The notes below the pieces were generated by a model, which saw only the letters and a program-made list of their open reading frames with translations, was not told the DNA's origin and ran no database searches. Shown piece after piece: positions 9,614 through 18,600 of a stretch of 64,000 nucleotides of DNA. The position numbers and the translations under genes are program-made. Position 1 is the first letter of the stretch, and each line of letters opens with the position of its first letter. The stretch comes from a virus, in the IMG/VR virus record IMGVR_UViG_3300036770_006330. One strand, 5' to 3'.

Positions 9614-12600
9614 TTGTCGAAGAGTGCCATGGGTGAACTAAACAAAGAAACATCTGAACAGTCAAAAGCAATGCTCGGTGCGCCGCGTTTGCTGCGCCCT
9701 TCAGACCCAGACGTTTACGATAATCCGGAGTCAGCAAGGGTTAGGGCAAGACAAATCGGATGCATTGGAATACGTCGCTACAATAATCGCAATGGCGGTG
9801 TGTCGTGGATGCCATGCACAAATGAATCTGACTACAGACGCGTATCTGGTTTTGGACACTCCGGCAGAAGATTTAGGAGACAGCAACTAGAACGCGAAGT
9901 GCGAGAAATAATTGGGAGACGCGGCTCTCGCTCATTCTCGAAAAAGAGTGCAAATTATACAAAACCAGAACTCCGAGAACGTCTCAAGCAAAGGATAATG
10001 GCTGGCTCAAAGGGTGGAGCGCCAGGGCAGTGGTCGGCACGAAAAGCGCAGCTTTTGGCAAGCGCCTACAGAAAAGCTGGCGGCGGCTATAGGGGCAGAA
10101 AAACATCCAAGCAGCGCTCACTTTCTCGCTGGACAAAACAAAAGTGGCGAACAATTGATGGCAAGCCAGCACGACGCGGCAACGTTGTTCGCCGCTATCT
10201 TCCTGCAAGGGCATGGGGTAAGTTGACACCAGGACAACGACAAGCAACAAACCGCAAGAAAATCCAGGGCAGTAAACGCGGTGAGCAGTTTGTCGCAAAC
10301 ACAGAAGCAGCGAGAAAAGCTAGAAAGCGTTCTGTCGTAAGCAAGAAGCATGCAGAATTTTATGAAGACTTTGAGTTTAAAGCAGTCGGCAAGAAGCTTG
10401 GTCGAGCACTGCCCGGAAAGCTCGGACCAGGAGGTGGTTCTGGTGGCAGAAAAGCCAGACGAGTTGGTGCATCGCTCCGTGGGGCAATGGCGAGATTTGA
10501 CCCGAATGCAGTAGACGCTGACGCAGACAATATCGTACAAGAAGGAACAATTTATGAGCGTCCTGCTCCACCAAGAAGTGGTGCGGTTTCTTCGCTTACA
10601 AACATACGCGCTCCACAGATTCCTGAGCCGGAACGTGCATTTGGCCGTGCTGCACGCTCGAGTGACGGTCGCTTTGCTTCTCCTGCGTCGCGAGCAATTT
10701 CGTCTGGACGCTCTCGGGCTGAACGGGAAATAACTCGCGGTTCTAGAGCAACCCCAAAACCAAGAATTGTTCCAAAGACTCCAACGGCAAGACGTCTTGC
10801 CGAACAGGCAGGACAAACTGCTGTCCCAGCAGCAAGACGCGGTCGTATTACAGGAAGAAGAGACTACGCAGTTCCACAAGTTAGTCGGGATGTAAGAGAC
10901 TCGATAAGAGAACAACGCGCGGATATATATGAGAGATTCGCAACCGGAGATTACACAGTTCAGCAACTCGCTGACCAGTTTGATGTTGTTCGTGATGAAA
11001 TTACTTCATCTATTAGGGCTCATGAGAATTTCCGTAATTCAAATTTGCGAAAATTTAAAAAGGGAAGCCCGAAGCTTTACCAGGCAATTTCTGGATTCGG
11101 AAATTCAAGAGGAAGTTTTGATGAGGCGATAAAAGAAAGAAAGTTTAGTAATTGGGACGGTCTCGTAAGACACATATTCACCGACCCAAAACTCCGCCGC
11201 TCCGGAAAACACACAGATATGCAGAACGACCTTTTTAAGGCGTTCCCGGATGGCAAAAACCCAGACAAAGATTCAAACATTGAACTTGGATACCTGCCAA
11301 GCGTTCGCGGCGAATCACGCCCGCCAGTGAAGGCTTTCAATGACCGCAGAAGCCCAACTCCAGAATTTAGACCGCTTTCACTTTCTCCAAGACAGCCAGG
11401 ACGACTCGGCAGCGCATCCGATATAGCCGAGAGAGCCGGAAGGCGTGCAGCATTCAGAAGAGACTCATTGATTATTGATGCGATGCGCAGAGGAGACTCA
11501 ATCTCCGGAGCGATGTCTTCCGTGAACATGACTCCAGCGGAAGAGAGAGACTGGAAGCGCAAGGAATGGACCAGACAACAGCTAAAGAATTTTGCCCTGG
11601 ACCCTGATGTGAAAAAGAAATACCCAACCCTTGCAAATCAGCTTGGGGACGGCCCACTCATAGATGCAGTTCTTGGGCTGGACGGACTTGATGATGATTC
11701 GCTTGGGAATCTTTGGGACGCTACTGTTACGGAAATTTCAGCAACTCCAGGCTCAAAAGTTCCTGCATATCAGGCCAGACAAGCTCCTCTTTCCCCAAGG
11801 GAACTAGCAGCTGCATCAACAGTTAAACGCCCACTTGTTTCTGCATTCCTCGATGAATATAAGAAGAGTGCCCCAGGCGGCCAATTAGCCAAACTCGATG
11901 CATCGAGAATGACCGACGAAGACGTAGAGTCCTTCTACAACACATTTATTCTTCCGGAATTGATTAATAATGGAGCTCCATCCCAGCAAGACATAGAAGC
12001 GGCAGCAGCACTACCAGCTGTTCGTAGTCGACTTAATGAAGCTGAACAAATTCTTCTGAATGTTCCACTTGAGCTAAGGACCCTCGACCTTCGCATGAAG
12101 TTGGCGAGAAAGGCTCTCGAGTCTACGAACATAGACCCAGACAGCCCTGAATTTGAAGACGCTCTTCAAAAGCTGATTAATGACCAACTCGACCTTGAAG
12201 CTGTCCAATTTGCCGAAGACGTTGAGAAGTGGCTGCGCGGTGGATTCGATAGGCCGCGCCGTATACCAATTAATCCGATGACTGGACAAGAATACACGGA
12301 TGGCGAACTTGAAGCTCAAATCAATATAGTTAGGGACAATATTGAGCGACTTTCTGCCGACTTAGACAAAATGCAAATGGAAGAGCTTCAGCACCTTGGA
12401 TTTATTAGGAACATACTTTTCGACGCACTTATGCTTGAAGAGTTTTTTGCTGAAGGAGATGCACGAAATCTGGATAAACCAGTCGACCCACTAACTGGTC
12501 GAGAACTATCAATGCGTGAATACCTTGAATCTGCCTCATATCAATTAAATCAAGTCCCAATTAACCCGCTTACTGGCAAAAAATATACCCTACAAGAAAT

Positions 12601-15600
12601 GCGAGACCAAATTGCAAACCTCGATAATAGACTTGAAACAATCCGCACCGGAATGGGCATTTCAAAGCTAAACCAGATTGGCGGACAGCAGCAATTGCTT
12701 GGCGCACTCATGAAGGCAGCAGCGCAATTAGAACCTGACGATTCTGACATGCCAGACGATATTGATATTCCAGGCGATGGCGACGTAGATGTAATGGAAA
12801 TAGAAGACAAGCCAGATGCAGATGCAATCAACGAAATGCTTGATGCGTTCAAGGATTTTCTTGGCGATGCTGGAGATACAACTGTATCGATACGTTCTGA
12901 AGACATAATAAGAGCAAGACAACTAAATCGTCAACTTGAATCCATGCCAGACCCTCGTTCGACGGTCCCAGATACCGACGACTTCTGGAATGGCCTGAGG
13001 GACCAGGATGGGAATCCATTACCAGACTATGACGGAACAGCAAGTCACCCATTAAATTTTGGCCCAGATGGACAACCACTCAAGGTTGATGACCCAGATT
13101 TCATGCTTGCCGATTCCCTGTATCGCGAACACCTTGACCCAAACAACTATGAACTTCAGGAATGGATAAGCATTGATAATCCCCATCTTGGCGGAAGATA
13201 CACGGCGCCACCGAAAGAGCTGGTTAGCCGGTTCTACCAGGGCGACGCAGACTCAAAAGACCCAGAACAAATTGACAAACGAATCAGCTGGGACAGATTA
13301 ATTGGCTATATCCAAAGAACTGCACCCAATCTTTTCCGTCGCAACAAGAAGGGTGAACTTGTTGGAGACATGAATGAGTTGACAAGGAACGGAAACTACG
13401 GAGGCGCCAGCTTTAGTAATGCTCAATTCGACCCGAATGTTCCTTCTAGCGGATACCAGTTTGAAGCCCAGCTTGCGGAACTTAGGGATGCAACGATTGC
13501 TGCACAGAATGCTGAATATCTTTCGCAGGATGCGACTAGTGCCACTGCACGAGCACGGCTATGGGACCTTCACACACAGAGTGGCTTTACTCCAGATGAA
13601 ATAGCTTTTGACCTTGAGATAGTGGACCCACAAGTTGTTTCTACTGCGCTAATGATGCACGCTTCAGACAACAATGTCTCTTCATCTCAGCAGCGGCAAT
13701 TCATGAATATTGCGCAACAAGCAGCTGGTCCAAGACGGGCAACATATGACAAGAAGCGAGTTCAGCGCATTATTGATGAGCTTAGGGGCCTTGCCCGACT
13801 CAGTGGCTCAGGAGCAACCGACTCTCGCTCAATGGTTGCAGAAATTGACAGAGCAATAGCAATACAAGAAGACAGGCTTGCCAAGGTTCAAAGAGAGTAC
13901 GACAACTTCCGTGCCGAAACGCGGACACTGCAAAACATGCTGACTGGATTGTTGCTAACCCGCCCAAAGAACAGAAAAATGGTTCGGGATAATGATGGAA
14001 ATATTGTTCAGGATGGCTGGGACGAAACCAAAGAACCTCTAGCCAGATACCTAAATAGAATCCGCCTATGGGACGATGAATATATCGGCTCAACTAACCC
14101 TGTAACTGGAGAGCGTCGCATCGGGATGGTCACCTACCTGGTTAACCGAATGAAAGATATGGCTCGGATGACCGGAGACGATGGCGGAGCCTCAGCAACT
14201 ACGTTCATTGCTCAAGTTGCCCAAAGCAACATCGCAGGCCTGAGACAATTTAGGTCTGAAATTCAAGGTGTTAGCTCGGACGCCCAAAATGTTGGAATTT
14301 CTGGTTTCATGCGTTCCGGAAGCGCAATAAATAGAGCGGAGTTTGCTGCTCGACGCGGAGCGCGAAAAGCAGCATCTGGAAGATTCGACTTTGCAGACCC
14401 GAGAATACTTAAGCGATTTGATAACGCCGGCTACCCAGTGACTAGAAATATGGTTGGCGCTGCATCCGGTTTCAATCCGCAATATTCGAATTTCATTGCG
14501 GATGCAACAAGGGTAAATAATTTTAAATATGCAAATGGACCAGAGTTCAATTATTTAAATCCCAGAGAACAGCAGATAATTCGCGCACTTGATGACATGG
14601 GTGTTTCTGGCCCGGTCAGAAATCCGGCGCCTGGTGTCCGAGATGAAAACATTGGAAGACGCGTAAGAGACGCCATAGGAATGAACAAGAGGCCAATTAA
14701 GCGCTCTGGTCTTGACCTTACTGGTCCGGTAGAACCGAAGCGTAATCTTTTCAACCCGGAAACCTATGGCCGTCAATCGATGCGCAATAGAACAAGTATA
14801 AATATTGCTGGTCGGATGAGTTCGAGCAAGCCAGACATGTTAATGGAAATGGAAGTTGAGCAAGCGCCAAACGGTAAGTGGTATGTAGTAAACAAACATG
14901 GACAGGCGCTCATTGATTCTCCTTTCGATTCGATGTCGAAGGCAAAAGATGCAATGTACTCATTGCGTCAAACCATTCACGAAAAGGGACGAAGAAGGGA
15001 CCTCCCTGGAACCGTAGCCGAATGGGAGGCAACCGTTGCGGGAATGAAGCAGGTTGGATATCGCTCCCTTTCCCGCGAAATGCGAAATGCAATGGATGTC
15101 GCTCCAATTTCCGCAAATGGAGAAAAGAATCGCTTCATTTTTAAGATAGATGCTGGTCCGAAGCCACGAGCTGGCGACTCAGTTATTTTTAGACGCAACC
15201 CATCGACCAACCAACCAGAAGTTCTTTTGATTGGCCGAGCATTTGGCCCACATAGAACCGAAGCTGATGGGACCATGAGTCTTCCTGGTGGCCTGTTTGA
15301 TGCGGAGGCAGGAGACAAAGACCTAATGGACACAGCACTGCGTGAAGCAGTGGAAGAAATAGGACTTGACCAATCACGCCTACTAAAAGTCGAGCGTCTT
15401 GGAATTATTGATGCACCAGATTGGGACCCTCGGTTCTCCAAGGGCGTTGAGGTTGGTGGAATTTTTGTTGAGGTCCCAGGTGACTGGGAACCAACGGCTG
15501 GCGACGATGCTCTTTCAGCAAGATTTGTTCCATTATCAGATATTGCCAGTGGCGAGGTTCCACTCGGTTTCGGACATGCAGCATGGCTCGAGGCGGCATT

Positions 15601-18600
15601 TGGAGGCTCCGAAGACGAAGATATCGCCAAGCACACAACCGGAATAGCCCTTGCAAACAGGCTCTCCAGAGAGAGACAGCAAAGAATAATTGCGTCCGTT
15701 AACGAGGGTAGAAAGATTTGGAATAGGGATACACAAAAGCAAGCAATTACGCTATTCGACCAAGACAACCCAGAGCTTGGTTTATTCCCGGACGAAATGC
15801 CAGAACCAACCTGGGGATGGAGACCGACAGGCCCAGAGGCAGAAGCCAGAGTTGCCGAAGTGAGAAAACGAGTTCTCGCACAAGCCAAAGCAGAACTGGC
15901 AAAGCGAAATCCTCCAAAGGGTGGATTAGGAAGAATTTCTGGTTCGATGAAAGCCAGGGCATTAGAAGTTGATACACCGGATTTTGCCTACAGAATTTCT
16001 CCAGACGCCCGTGAGCGAATCGAGACAGATGTCATGTCGCTCAGACGAAAGGGCATGTCCGCTCGCTCAATCGCTGAAACTCTCAGCAATGTGTACTCGA
16101 TTGATGACTCAATGATTGTAGATGGCCTTGCAATTTCCCCGACAGACTCCCTGGTGAATGGCGTTATACGTAGTGCCAAAGACTCTGGCGTCAACCTGCC
16201 TGAAGCGAAAGATACATTTGATAGGCGGAACTTTGACCTCACGAGCGACGCAGCTCAGATGGCAATCAGCGGAATGGACCGTTCATCAATTGCCTCATAC
16301 CTAGATACATCTGACGCTAGGGCTTCGAGAATCCTAAATTCTCTTGGATTTGATGTTATGCCAGGAGATGGTTCACCTACCTCAATAGAGTCGAGCAGAC
16401 AAAAATTTGCAGACCTGCCTATCAGTAAGCAGCTATACATCGATTCCACACACCGAAGAATGACTTTATCTGAGCTCTCAAAGAAATACAAACTTCCAGA
16501 GTCGAGAATCAGGGAGTCAATTGAACAATACAGAACAATCGCTGAAAACGACTCGGACATGATTTCTAGCAAATACCGCTCCCTCATGAGAGACGGCGGC
16601 GAATCGGTTCTTACACCAGAAGAGATGAATCACGTACGCATGAGGCTTGACGGAATGTCATATTCCGAAATATCCTCAGCAATGGGCATTCCAGAAGGTG
16701 TCTCACGCAGACGCGAAGCATCTAGCCTTGCAAAGTTGCGTGCAATTGATAATGACGGATTCTATGAGGTTGAAAAAGAAAAAACCATTCAAAGACTTCG
16801 CTCGCTACCAGTAGCAGAGTACATGGATGAGCGTGCGCTTTCTTTTGCTGCAGCAGCTGGTTCCACCCCTCCGCCGGATGACCCGGATGACCCAAATAAA
16901 ATTACTCAAGCAGAAATAAGCAAACTTCAGAAGAAGTTTGCTTCCGCTCGCGACATGCGCGATTTCAGGAGTTCAGCAAAAGACGCATACATGCGTAATC
17001 AGTATCTTGGGCAAAGCGTAGAAGAAATTGCTGATATGCAGAATAAGTCGCCTCGCGATGTGCAGCAAGCAATACGCGCCTACGATAAAGCAGTACAAGA
17101 ATCGGACACATTGAGAGACAGAGCATTGAGGAGAGCGCTTGCATCTGCAGCTGATTCATTGTTCACTGAAAACGAACTGGCATTCATCAATATCAGAAAT
17201 GATGGTGCCTCGCTTGATGACGTAGCTAGATACTTTGGAACAGATAAAGCTTCGGTGAGAGCAAGGCAGATGATGCTCATGTCTCGCCTCAACATGAATA
17301 ACGGACTGGGTAGTTCAATTGACTCGGTTTTGGATGCAGACTCAAGAGACCTATACAATGAGCTTGGCGTGCCAACTAGCGCCAGTCGTGAACAGCTAGA
17401 AGACGCGATGCACGATGTTATTAAGACACACTTTGATAGGGCGCTACGCAAGGATAGAGATTCAAGAGAGATAATGCGCAAGGCGTCGGAGGCCTACGCA
17501 ATCCTGTCGAATGAAAATCTCAGAAATCTTTACGACAATAACGAGTTGTCGCCATCGAATGCCAAATCGTTCTGGGAAAACTACGACGATTTCACCAGCT
17601 ATGTTGACCCGTCAACTGGGCAAAGAAGACACCGGTCATTTGGCTATGCAATGAATGATGAACCATTCAAGTCTCGTGATGCATTTAGACTACCACATGA
17701 TACTGGCTCTGACGTAATCTCCGACGACATTGATGACGGTTTCCTTGGATTTACTCTAAATGATAATGTTTCTGATTCTTCAATAAGCGACATGATGTAT
17801 AGGAAGCCAATTCCTGGAACAAAAGAATGGCGTGATAAGAAACGCGATGCGCAAATTGCAATAAGTTCTGGCGACCCAAGATATATGTTTGACCAAGATG
17901 GTTTTATTGCTGGCAAGAAAATGTCTTTCGACCCACGATACGACGACCCAATGTCTCCCGACTACATCGGGGATAGGTTTGGTGGTCCAGCCAAGGGCGT
18001 GAGTCCATTCCAGAACATGGATTTTAAGCCGAAAAAAAAAATAAATAATTCGATATCTGGGAAGATGTCATCCAAATGGGATGACACTTACGAAAAATCC
18101 ATTGGAGTGAATCTTCCAAAAGCAGAATCTATCGATAACGCGGACACAACAAACATATCCAGTTTTTCTAAGTTTGCAAGCCCTGCGAAAAATGAGTCAT
18201 TCTTCGAAATGACTTCCACTTTTGGTGGCAAAACGCCAGTCAGGGAGAGCCGTTTCTGGGGTCTATATTTCCCTATCGCCGAGGCAATTAACAATTCTGT
18301 GACAAAGCGTAAGCGCAAAAAGGGTGAGAGAAAAGTATTTGTCAGTGTTGGCGGTGCCCCAGGCTCTGGAAAGACTTCAATGAGAACTGATGGGACTGGA
18401 GGCATCCCGTCTGTTAGCGACGCAGTTCATGTTGATGCCGACAAAATAAAACTCCTTATACCTGAAGCTCGCGCCATGCACGATGCTGGAAACCCAAATT
18501 GGGGAGATTCGGTTCACGAAGAATCGCGTCTAATTGCAGACCTCACATTGCGCATGGGCCTAGAGCAAGACCACGATATTGTCTACGATTCAACTGGTCA

